NCBI GenBank assembly: GCA_038858525.1
Contig: JAWCFL010000003.1
Span: 8,364-28,734, forward strand
Length of the DNA: 20,371 nucleotides
Source of the DNA: Candidatus Jordarchaeales archaeon
GTDB taxonomy: Archaea > Asgardarchaeota > Jordiarchaeia > Jordiarchaeales > Freyrarchaeaceae
Direction: 5' to 3'
Positions 8,173 through 15,945 of this stretch are shown here, piece after piece. Made by a program: the position numbers and the translations under genes. Position 1 is the first letter of the stretch. The number at the start of each line of letters is the position of its first letter. The notes beneath the pieces are model-generated. The model searched no databases. It had not been told where the DNA came from and worked only from the letters and a program-made list of their open reading frames with translations.

Positions 8173-9297
8173 CTAATGTGTCCTTCCAACCCTTACCTGT
8201 TCCTCCATTTCGGCTTGATTTCTGAACGGGACGCTATCCCTAACCTTCTTGAGGGAGACCGCGCCGTTTGGGCAGTTCGATGCGCACAGGCCGCACCCTA
8301 TACAGAGGTCGTACCTCACAACCATCATGTCGTCTGAAAGGTCTTCGGAGTGGGGGTAGTGGTGGTATATTGCGTCCATGGGGCAGATCTCCATGCATTT
8401 CTCGCACCGCTTGCACAGGCCCCCATCTATTATGGGGGCGAAGTTTGATTTACATATGGCGCCGTAGTTTCGAAGCTCCTTCACTGATTTCAAGAAGCCG
8501 CAACAGCAAGGACAGCAGTTACAGATGAAGGCAGCCGTCTCCTGAATGTTTATTGTCTCATGGACGAGGCCTTCCCTCTCGGCGCGCCTCATGAGCTCCA
8601 TGAGTTCCTCGAAGGAGACTTGTCTGCCGATCCCCTGGTCCAAAACAGACTGCGCCAGCAAGCCGACGGCCACGCAGAAGTTTTCCTCTGTGCGCTTGCA
8701 TGGTTCCCCAGCGTGCTTCGCTGCATTCCTGCAGCTGCAGGGAACTACTGCGAAGAGGTTCGCCTTCGAAAGGTACTCCTCCAGAACCTCGTAAGGCAAA
8801 ACCTGGCGTTCCAAGCCCAGCGCCTTGTTTATCTCGATGGTCTTCTTCACCGGCTCCACTGCGGGTATAACCCGGTAGATTGGGTGCTTCCCCGCGCTCA
8901 GCTCGAATGGGTGCCCTGAATAAAAGAGCTCACGGTACGCTTTAGCGGCCTTCGCCATCCTTTCAGGCTCATCCCTGTTATGAGTGAAGTACACCTCGAA
9001 TAAGCCTGGTATAAAGGGGAGTAGCACGTAGAAGCCACCAACCTTAAGTAGCTTTCCCTTAAACGCCATGTCGTCGAGGAGACGCACTACTTCACTTTCA
9101 TGGAGGCCTGAGAGCTGGGCGATCATGCCTGCGCTTAGAGGCTTGTTTGGCTTCTCGAATGCCGTGAGTAGCCTAGCTTCCTCCTCGCTGAAAATTGCCT
9201 TCAACATGTCGTAAACCGCCCTGTGCTTGGGCAGCTTGATAAGCGCGCCCCTATTCATTGTTTGGCGAAGAAGCTCGTAGAGGTCTTCGCCAGCCAC
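8173..9297 (-). CDS. Cys-rich 4Fe-4S dicluster protein with N-terminal winged-helix-like region
   Basis: Two CxxCxxCxxxCP motifs (CKRCEKCMEICP, CIGCGLCASNCP) plus PCSCR and CNCCPCCCG clusters; GGAGG RBS before GTG 9297. Confidence 0.85.
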   Translation of the reverse strand: MAGEDLYELLRQTMNRGALIKLPKHRAVYDMLKAIFSEEEARLLTAFEKPNKPLSAGMIAQLSGLHESEVVRLLDDMAFKGKLLKVGGFYVLLPFIPGLFEVYFTHNRDEPERMAKAAKAYRELFYSGHPFELSAGKHPIYRVIPAVEPVKKTIEINKALGLERQVLPYEVLEEYLSKANLFAVVPCSCRNAAKHAGEPCKRTEENFCVAVGLLAQSVLDQGIGRQVSFEELMELMRRAEREGLVHETINIQETAAFICNCCPCCCGFLKSVKELRNYGAICKSNFAPIIDGGLCKRCEKCMEICPMDAIYHHYPHSEDLSDDMMVVRYDLCIGCGLCASNCPNGAVSLKKVRDSVPFRNQAEMEEQVRVGRTH

Positions 9298-9422
9298 AAA
9301 AACACCTCCCGAATAGAGAGTAACAATTAAGCCTTTGAATATTTTATGCTTTTTTCGTGTGGGGAAAGCCTTTAAGGAAGGGGGGGCTTATTTTAACTTG
9401 TTGTCTCGTAGGAGGAGTGAGT

Positions 9423-9848
9423 GTGTCCGGCGAGAAAGATTTTGGCGAGGATGAGGAGCTGAAGCGCATAAAGGAAAGGAAGCTTAGGGAGCTTGCCAGA
9501 AAGCGTTCAGGCCGTGGCGCGCCAGGGATCGTGATGCTTGACGGAGAAGGGTTTGACGAGTTTGTGTCCCGCTCCTCTGTCCCGGTGCTCGTGGACTTTT
9601 TCGCTGTCTGGTGTCCTCCATGCAGGATGATGGAGCCCGTAATGGAGAGGCTGGCTGAGGAGTTCGCGGGGAAGGTTGCTTTCGGTAAGGTTAACGTTGA
9701 CGAGAACATGGAGCTCGCCGCTAGGTTCGATGTGTCGGCTGTCCCGACTTTCATACTATTCAAGGGCGGCAAGATGCTTGGGAGAATTGTGGGGGCTAGG
9801 GACTACGAGGACTTCAAGGAGATACTTGAGGAAGCCATAAAAAGCTGA
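9423..9848 (+). CDS. trxA: Thioredoxin
   Basis: DFFAVWCPPCRMM active site and cis-Pro loop VPTF; likely start GTG 9423 after GGAGG at 9411-9415 (track start 9357). Confidence 0.93.
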   Translation: MSGEKDFGEDEELKRIKERKLRELARKRSGRGAPGIVMLDGEGFDEFVSRSSVPVLVDFFAVWCPPCRMMEPVMERLAEEFAGKVAFGKVNVDENMELAARFDVSAVPTFILFKGGKMLGRIVGARDYEDFKEILEEAIKS

Positions 9849-9876
9849 AGGGTGGCGAAGCGGGGCTTGAGGTCGG

Positions 9877-10587
9877 ATGAGCGGGGGGCTGGCTGAGCTT
9901 GTCCTCTCGAAAAAGGCGGTCGTCTTCGACTGTGACGGCACCCTCGTTAAGCAGATTATAGATTACCGGTCAGCGAGAAGGGCTGTTATCGATGTGCTAA
10001 GGCGCCACGGTGTCCCAGGAGAGCTGCTTTCCCCCGACGAAGGCATCCTGACTATGCTAAGGCGAGGCGTGAACTTCCTGTCGGCTAAAGGAGAAAGAGT
10101 TGACCAGATGATTTCCGATGTGGACGAGCTTGTTGAGAGGTTCGAGCTTGAGGCGGCGAGCAAGACAACTCCTATACCCGGCGCCCTGGAGCTGCTCACC
10201 CTACTAAGAAGGCTTGGGTTTAAGCTTGGTTTATTCACCCTCAACAAGCGGTCAGCTATGATGATAGTGGTGAAACGCTTCAACCTGGACCAGCTCATGG
10301 ATGTTATGGCTTCGAGAGATGACGTGCCCGCCCCGAAGCCGGACCCACGCCACCTGGAGAGCGTCTTCTCAAGGCTTTCAGTTGAGGCGGCTGAGGCAGT
10401 AGTCGTCGGGGACCACCCAGTGGATGTCGACTGCGCCGTGAGGGCTGGGGCGGTAGCAATAGGAGTGCTCTCCTCCGGAAGAAGAAGAGAGGAGCTTGAG
10501 GGAGCAGGGGCTAAGGTGGTCGTTAACAGCGTGGCCTCCATACTGGAGGCTTTGGAGAGGGCTGTTAGTGGCTCCTTACGGGCGTAG
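9877..10587 (+). CDS. HAD-superfamily hydrolase (phosphoglycolate phosphatase-like)
   Basis: FDCDGTL motif I, TLN motif II, KPDP motif III, VGDHPVD motif IV. Confidence 0.9.
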   Translation: MSGGLAELVLSKKAVVFDCDGTLVKQIIDYRSARRAVIDVLRRHGVPGELLSPDEGILTMLRRGVNFLSAKGERVDQMISDVDELVERFELEAASKTTPIPGALELLTLLRRLGFKLGLFTLNKRSAMMIVVKRFNLDQLMDVMASRDDVPAPKPDPRHLESVFSRLSVEAAEAVVVGDHPVDVDCAVRAGAVAIGVLSSGRRREELEGAGAKVVVNSVASILEALERAVSGSLRA

Positions 10588-11629
10588 ACCCAACGTAGCG
10601 CCACTTCTTCGCCTCCAAGACCATCGCCAGTACATTTTCCACCCTGCACGCCTTGTGAAGGCTGTTGCTGGAGGAAAGAATATACCCTCCATCTTTCCCC
10701 GCCTTCGCTATAGTTTCGCCAACCACCCGTCCCACCTCACGTGGGGGTGCTGAGGGCAGGAGGACGTCGCAGTCTATGTTTCCGACGAGCACGAGTTTTT
10801 CCCCGTACTCCTCCTTAACGCGACCTATGTCGACTCCGGCGGCTGGCTCCAATGAGTGTATGGCATCTACACCAGCCTCGATGAGAAGAGGGAGAAGCGG
10901 GACGATGTAGCCGTCTGAGTGGTGGATCACAGGGACGCCGAGCTTCTTGAATGCGGAAACCTCCCTCTTAAGGAGGGGGAGCACGAGCTTTCTGAAGGTT
11001 TCAGGTGAGAAGAATGGACCGGATTTGTAGGCGTAGTCGTCGGCCAACACGAGAGCGTCAACCCCTAGTTCCACTTCTAATTTCCCCACTTCAACCCAGT
11101 AGTCGCAGACCTTCCTCATGTGCTCGACAACAAAGGATTGGTCCGCGTGGACGTCCGCAAGAAACCTTTCGTGGGTTCTACCGAGGGCGGCTCTCTCAAG
11201 CGGCCCCCCAACGAAGCCTACGACAGCCAAGTCGCCGCTGAGCTCGATCACCCGCTTAACCCCGGCGTACCTTTCAGGCAGGTTTGGATCAGGCCAGCTC
11301 CACGACTCAAAGTCCTCTCGTGTAGCTATGACGCCGCCCGCATACCATTTTGTTCCGTCCTCCGTTATGATCCTCCTCCGCCCCCATTCATCCACATACC
11401 CCCTCCGTCCCTTCTCGTCCTCGAAATGAAATACGGGGAAAGTCTCTGGCCAAGCCGTTATGGCGTCCAGCCCCAGCCACCTATGACATTCGACGCCCGC
11501 CTCCAAACTGTAGTTCCCGCCCCCCATAATCCTGACTACTACCTCCTCGTCTATGCCCATGTCGTAGAGAGGAATAGTGTCTGGCACCCCGTGCTCCAGC
11601 GCTGTGAGGAAACGCTCCCTAGGCTTCAA
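10565..11629 (-). CDS. Uroporphyrinogen decarboxylase / MtaA-CmuA methyltransferase family protein
   Basis: Likely start TTG 11629 (MKPRERFLTALEHGVPD; track start 11743). Family motifs DEWG, ADDYAYKSGPFFSP, HHSDG, LVGNID, GGYILSSSNS. The 3' end overlaps the HAD gene at 10565-10587. Confidence 0.88.
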   Translation of the reverse strand: MKPRERFLTALEHGVPDTIPLYDMGIDEEVVVRIMGGGNYSLEAGVECHRWLGLDAITAWPETFPVFHFEDEKGRRGYVDEWGRRRIITEDGTKWYAGGVIATREDFESWSWPDPNLPERYAGVKRVIELSGDLAVVGFVGGPLERAALGRTHERFLADVHADQSFVVEHMRKVCDYWVEVGKLEVELGVDALVLADDYAYKSGPFFSPETFRKLVLPLLKREVSAFKKLGVPVIHHSDGYIVPLLPLLIEAGVDAIHSLEPAAGVDIGRVKEEYGEKLVLVGNIDCDVLLPSAPPREVGRVVGETIAKAGKDGGYILSSSNSLHKACRVENVLAMVLEAKKWRYVGSTPVRSH

Positions 11630-11699
11630 GCCACCCACCAAGAACTCTTTAAAGGGAAGGAGAATTAAAAAGTTAGGTGGAAAGCAGGGGGCGATTCGG

Positions 11700-12422
11700 G
11701 TGAGGGAGAGCGTTAAGGTCAGAGTGGCGGCAGTCGGAGACATACACTCCCCCCGCTACTTGGATGTTTTACTCGAGGCTGTAAAGGATACGTTAGAAGT
11801 GGACGTAATCATGCTTGCAGGGGACGTGGTTCACAAGGGGAAAGTAGACGAGTACACCCGAGTACTAGACTTGCTGGAGGAACACGTTGACGCCCCGATC
11901 ATCGCTTGCTTTGGAAACGAGGAGTACGAGGACCTTCATGAGGAGATCAAGGAGCTCTGCGGTGGAAGAGTAGTTTTTCTCGAGGAGGAGGCATTCGTCG
12001 TAAATGTTGGAAGCGTAAGCTTGGGGGTTGTGGGGTCTAAGGGCTCGCTTGACAGGCCAACCTGGTGGCAGTCCAAGAATATACCAAACATCAAGGAAAT
12101 ATACGCCGAGAGGGTAGAGCGAGTGAAGGAAGCTGTCTCGAAGCTGAACACGACATACAAGGGGATACTAACACATTACGCACCCACATATTGCAACTTG
12201 GAGGGGGAAAACCCATCGGCTTGGCCCGAGATGGCATCCAAGAAGTATGAGCCAGTACTGGAGAAAGTGGACTTCGCAGTCCATGGGCACGCCCATAGGG
12301 GGAAGACCTTCTGCGAGTTCAAGGGGGTCCCGGTGTTCAACGTGGCACTGCCAGCTACGAGAAAAATAACGGTCTTTGAGGTACCCGCAGGGAAAATTAG
12401 GCTGGACGCGTTCTTCGGATAA
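11700..12422 (+). CDS. Calcineurin-like metallophosphoesterase
   Basis: Likely start GTG 11700 (track start 11577 overlaps the divergent gene). Motifs GDIH, AGD, GNEE, THY, HGHAH. Confidence 0.9.
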   Translation: MRESVKVRVAAVGDIHSPRYLDVLLEAVKDTLEVDVIMLAGDVVHKGKVDEYTRVLDLLEEHVDAPIIACFGNEEYEDLHEEIKELCGGRVVFLEEEAFVVNVGSVSLGVVGSKGSLDRPTWWQSKNIPNIKEIYAERVERVKEAVSKLNTTYKGILTHYAPTYCNLEGENPSAWPEMASKKYEPVLEKVDFAVHGHAHRGKTFCEFKGVPVFNVALPATRKITVFEVPAGKIRLDAFFG

Positions 12423-12429
12423 GCCTCGC

Positions 12430-13479
12430 TCAGATGAGCCTCAGGGCGTGGAGCTGCTTCCCGAGAGGGATGTCGTTCAGCAGACCCGGATAGAAGAAGC
12501 AGTCCTTACAGAAGCCTGGCAGCTTCCCTTCCCTAAAAATTCTTCTCAGCTGGTTGTACCTCTCCCCGTTCCAGACCTCGCGGAAGCTCCTAGCCTTAAC
12601 GTTTCCCATAACTTCCTCACTGTAGCAGCAAGGAACAACGTCCCCGTTATGGTTAATGTCCGCCGAGAGCCACGGCCTATAACAAGTCACTCCCTTCGGA
12701 GGACGCCTGTAAAGTGAGAGAAACTCGTTCACGTTAACCAGTAAACCGTATCTTTCAGCCTTAGCGGCAGCTCTCTTCAAGCCATCCAGCATAACTGGGA
12801 TTTCCCGCTCCCCCAAAACCAAGGATGGGTCTTCCGGGTAATACTTGTCGAAGGTGAGAATTTGTGCCCCCACACTGTGAGCGAAGTCCACCATGTCCTC
12901 GAGTAACGCGTAGTTCAGGTTCGTAACCACGCAGTGAATGTGGAGGAGCGGCTTCGTAGCCCTCCTCAACCTTTTAACCCTCGTCAGACCATTCATAGCC
13001 GCAAGCACGCGCTCAAACATTCGGGAGGAACCTCTAACCTCCCCGTAAGCCTCAGGGGTCGGCGCGTCAACAGAAAACATCGCAACATCCCACCCCATGT
13101 CAACCAGCACGTTAGCGACAGACTCGTCGAGAAGAGTACCATTCGTGGTCAGCACACCCTCCATCCCCAACCTCTTCACTTCCCCCATAATCTCGAGGAT
13201 ATCCTTCCTCATCAAAGGCTCTCCTCCACCAACCACGTGTATGCGCCTCACGCCGAAAGACGAAAGCTCCCTCAGCAACTCCAAGTAGCGGCTAGTGGAG
13301 AGCTCCTCTCTCAAAGCGCGCTTACGGTCCTCCTCCGTCAACTTCCTCTGAAAACACATCTTACAGCTGAGGTTACAGCGGAGAGTAGGTTTAAGGTCAA
13401 CCTCCTCGGGAGGAGCAAAACCCCTACACCGCCAAATAGAAGCATAAAGAAGCGGAGCTCTAAACCACCAATAAACCAT
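12430..13479 (-). CDS. Radical SAM protein with SPASM/twitch domain
   Basis: CNLSCKMC, GGGEP, TTNGTLL; C-terminal TCYRPW...GDVVPCC...FCKDC. Likely start ATG 13479 after GAGGG (track extension to 13569 is F/L/V-rich skew artefact). Confidence 0.9.
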   Translation of the reverse strand: MVYWWFRAPLLYASIWRCRGFAPPEEVDLKPTLRCNLSCKMCFQRKLTEEDRKRALREELSTSRYLELLRELSSFGVRRIHVVGGGEPLMRKDILEIMGEVKRLGMEGVLTTNGTLLDESVANVLVDMGWDVAMFSVDAPTPEAYGEVRGSSRMFERVLAAMNGLTRVKRLRRATKPLLHIHCVVTNLNYALLEDMVDFAHSVGAQILTFDKYYPEDPSLVLGEREIPVMLDGLKRAAAKAERYGLLVNVNEFLSLYRRPPKGVTCYRPWLSADINHNGDVVPCCYSEEVMGNVKARSFREVWNGERYNQLRRIFREGKLPGFCKDCFFYPGLLNDIPLGKQLHALRLI

Positions 13480-14072
13480 CAAAAACCCTCCAACAAGCCA
13501 CAAGAAAAACACCAAAACAAAAAAACGTTTCGCCGCTCGAAAACCAAAAAGCACCAAGTGAAGAAACATTCGAGCTTAAAGTTTCTCCATCGATTTACAT
13601 GGATCAACTATTATAGATATGCTTGCTTAATTATTTCCATTAACCATTTAACTTTCACTTTCAGGTATTCTTCTATTCTATGTCCGCCCACCATCCTAAC
13701 GACTTGCATCTTCTCTTGTTGATCCTATTTTCCTTAGCATGTTTAGGTGACCTAACACTATAAGCATCATTAAACCTCAATGACTTTGACATTTTAGAAG
13801 CTGCTGATAGGACCCCACAGAAAGCAACTACTAAGCAATCAAAAACCACATAACATTAAGCACACGTGCTAGTCCTCCTCAACCAAAAGCGGTACCTCGC
13901 AACCAACATATAATGGAGAATTAGAAAGTTAAAATCCCTGAAGAAAGTAAAACTTTCTCAACTAAACAGAAAAACGGAAAAAGAAGAGTAACACACAAGA
14001 CCATCAAAAAATTCGACCACAAACGGAAAACAGATACATAATACTAAAAACAAGCACAAAACACCAAGGAAC

Positions 14073-14088
14073 TGGTAAGATTTTTAAA
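14073..14088 (+). promoter_or_regulatory. BRE/TATA promoter of the tRNA gene
   Basis: TTTTTAAA at 14081-14088 preceded by purine-rich GGTAAGA, ending 25 nt before tRNA position 1. Confidence 0.7.
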
Positions 14089-14113
14089 CCCACGATTCGT
14101 AAAAACGACATGA

Positions 14114-14216
14114 AGCGGGGTGGGGTAGTCAGGAGATCCCGCGGGGCTCATAACCCCGAGATCGGTGGTTCAAGGCCGCCCCGCTCTCAAGCGGCGAACA
14201 CATCCACCCCCCGCTA
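14114..14216 (+). tRNA. Initiator tRNA-Met (CAT) with a 28-nt intron at position 58/59 (14174-14201); CCA not encoded
   Basis: Acceptor stem AGCGGGG/CCCCGCT with A1-U72 and discriminator A; anticodon arm CGGGG-CTCATAA-CCCCG with the three G-C pairs of initiators; T stem GGTGG/CCACC. Removing 14174-14201 restores the T loop TTCAAAT. Confidence 0.93.
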
Positions 14217-14289
14217 TACCTTATTAACTTTAAATCCTCTTTAATTTCGTGTTTTTGTGAGCGGTTTCTTGTTCTTGTCCAAAGCTGTG

Positions 14290-14680
14290 CCTGTTTTCTG
14301 CTAGTTCAAGAACAGTTTCAGAACAACATGTTTTTGGTTTGTAGAAGCTTGTTCTTGAGATACGCGATTCTTGGCTTTAAATGGAGACTGTTGGAGCGAA
14401 GAACACCTCCGAAGTGACCGATATGCGACGAAACAATTAAGCCGAGTGAGGCGTCTTCAAGTTTGAGTGGGGCTTCTGAGGATTTTGAAGAAGTCTCTGA
14501 TGCTGTATGCGTGACGTTTCTCCGGTTAGTTATGGCATTATGGATTTTTAGGTGTAATTGAAGGGCTTGTTCAGCCATAAATGCTGCGATGCCGTAGTCT
14601 CCCTTCGGACAGGCTTCTTTTGGCTGTGTCGAGCATTCTTAGTGCTCTATGACCTTACCAAGTTCCTCGCGGCGGCTCAC
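14290..14680 (-). pseudogene. Degenerate HEPN-domain gene
   Basis: Joining frames from GTG 14680 gives SRREELGKV/RALRMLDTAKRSLSEG/DYGIAAFMAEQALQLHLK, then fragments LTGE and LEDA. This fits the archaeal HEPN pattern (A..L..G.Y..A.F.AEQA.QL.LK) with frameshifts near 14649 and 14602 and more damage downstream; 3' end approximate. Confidence 0.7.
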
Positions 14681-14830
14681 CGATTACACCACTAAACCAA
14701 TTTCTTGAGCTCCTTAAGATTCTTTTGAGAAGAGCGCTGAGTGGCATGAATGTCTTACTTTTCGGAGAAATCAGATTTTTCAGTAAAATTTAAATTTCCT
14801 GAGAGGTTACATCATCGTGGTGGTCTCGTA

Positions 14831-15094
14831 ATGTGCTGTGATGATTTATCCTGCTACGGTCAGCCTGGTGTTTTTAGGGTTGAGGCTGTTGTAAGTGTTG
14901 ATGCTAGAGGACAGATTGTGCTTCCTAAGGATGTGAGGGAGAAGGCAGGAATACATTCAGGGGATAAGCTGGCTGTTGTAAGCTGGGAGCGTGATGGAAA
15001 AATTTGCTGTATTTCTTTGATTAGGGCTAGCGACATCGTTGAGATGGTGAAGAAGATGCTTGGGCCCATGGTGAGGGAGCTTGTTATGGGGTGA
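14831..15094 (+). CDS. AbrB/MazE/SpoVT-fold protein with Cys pairs, resembling the 'HgcAB-associated protein' (HgcC) family
   Basis: Likely start ATG 14831 after GGTGG (track start 14750). [48 protein letters not shown]; the AbrB fold is clear, the HgcC family link is from recall. Confidence 0.8.
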   Translation: MCCDDLSCYGQPGVFRVEAVVSVDARGQIVLPKDVREKAGIHSGDKLAVVSWERDGKICCISLIRASDIVEMVKKMLGPMVRELVMG

Positions 15095-15885
15095 CCTGCT
15101 TGGTGGGTAAAGACGTGAAGAAGCTGATTAAGGAGAAGTATGGTAGGATTGCTGAGACTGGTGGGTCGTGTTGCAATGGTTTTCAACCATGTTGTGGCGG
15201 TGAAGTGTGGGAGCTCATGAAGAAGATAGGATACGACGAGAAGGATCTCGAAGAGGTTCCTGTGGACGCGGTTCTCGGGCTTGGCTGCGGTAACCCCGTT
15301 ATCTTTGCTCTCTTGAGAAAGGGGGAGACTGTTCTTGACCTTGGCTGCGGCGCGGGGATCGACTGTTTCGTTGCCGCTAAGAAAGTCGGAGCGGGCGGAC
15401 GCGTTATAGGTGTGGATATGACGCCTGAAATGATTGAGAGGGCAAGGGAGAACGCTAGAAAGGGCGGCTTCAGTAACGTGGAGTTTAGGCTTGGCGAAAT
15501 AGAGAATCTACCTGTCGATGACTGCTACGTTGATGTGATCATTTCGAACTGCGTGATCAACCTTTCGCCCGATAAGGATAGGGTTTTTAGGGAGGCTTTC
15601 AGAGTTCTGAAGCCGGGTGGGCGACTGGTCATTTCGGACACCGTCCTGTTAAGGGAGCTTCCGGAGAACGTGAAACGCTCAGTTGACGCGTACGTTGGGT
15701 GCGTCGCTGGCGCGCTGAAAAAACAGGAGTACTTGGAAGCCATAAGGAAAGCCGGTTTTCAAGATGTTAGAGTGATCATGGAAGCCTTGTTCCCGGTTGA
15801 AAAAGTGATCAGAGATCCCGATTTGGTAAGAAAAGCAGAGGGAACAGTTGCCAGCATAACGGTGTGGGCAGTAAAACCGCATTAA
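15091..15885 (+). CDS. arsM: Arsenite S-adenosylmethionine methyltransferase
   Basis: N-terminal CC pairs, [45 protein letters not shown]; GTGA overlap with the upstream stop. Confidence 0.93.
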   Translation: MTCLVGKDVKKLIKEKYGRIAETGGSCCNGFQPCCGGEVWELMKKIGYDEKDLEEVPVDAVLGLGCGNPVIFALLRKGETVLDLGCGAGIDCFVAAKKVGAGGRVIGVDMTPEMIERARENARKGGFSNVEFRLGEIENLPVDDCYVDVIISNCVINLSPDKDRVFREAFRVLKPGGRLVISDTVLLRELPENVKRSVDAYVGCVAGALKKQEYLEAIRKAGFQDVRVIMEALFPVEKVIRDPDLVRKAEGTVASITVWAVKPH

Positions 15886-15945
15886 AGCGCTTGACGAAAA
15901 TAGCTTAACTGACAAAGTTACAGAAAAGGAGGGTAAGGTCGGGTT

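Noticed and set aside
9963-13722. Long overlapping ORFs such as 9963..10649, 11120..11668 and 12934..13722
   Set aside because: They lie antisense to genes with clear family motifs and have no motifs themselves.
13743-13958. Palindromes TTAGGT-G-ACCTAA (13743-13755) and AGAAAGT-AAA-ACTTTCT (13942-13958)
   Set aside because: Arms of 6-7 bp are expected by chance in 20 kb and are not tied to a clear promoter.
14175-14202. Alternative intron position 59/60 (exon TTCAAG|T)
   Set aside because: Gives a plausible loop sequence but no 4-bp central helix; 58/59 fits the bulge-helix geometry.
14318-14578. Track ORF of 86 aa as an intact gene
   Set aside because: Only its first residues (MAEQALQLHLK) fit HEPN; it is a fragment of the pseudogene.
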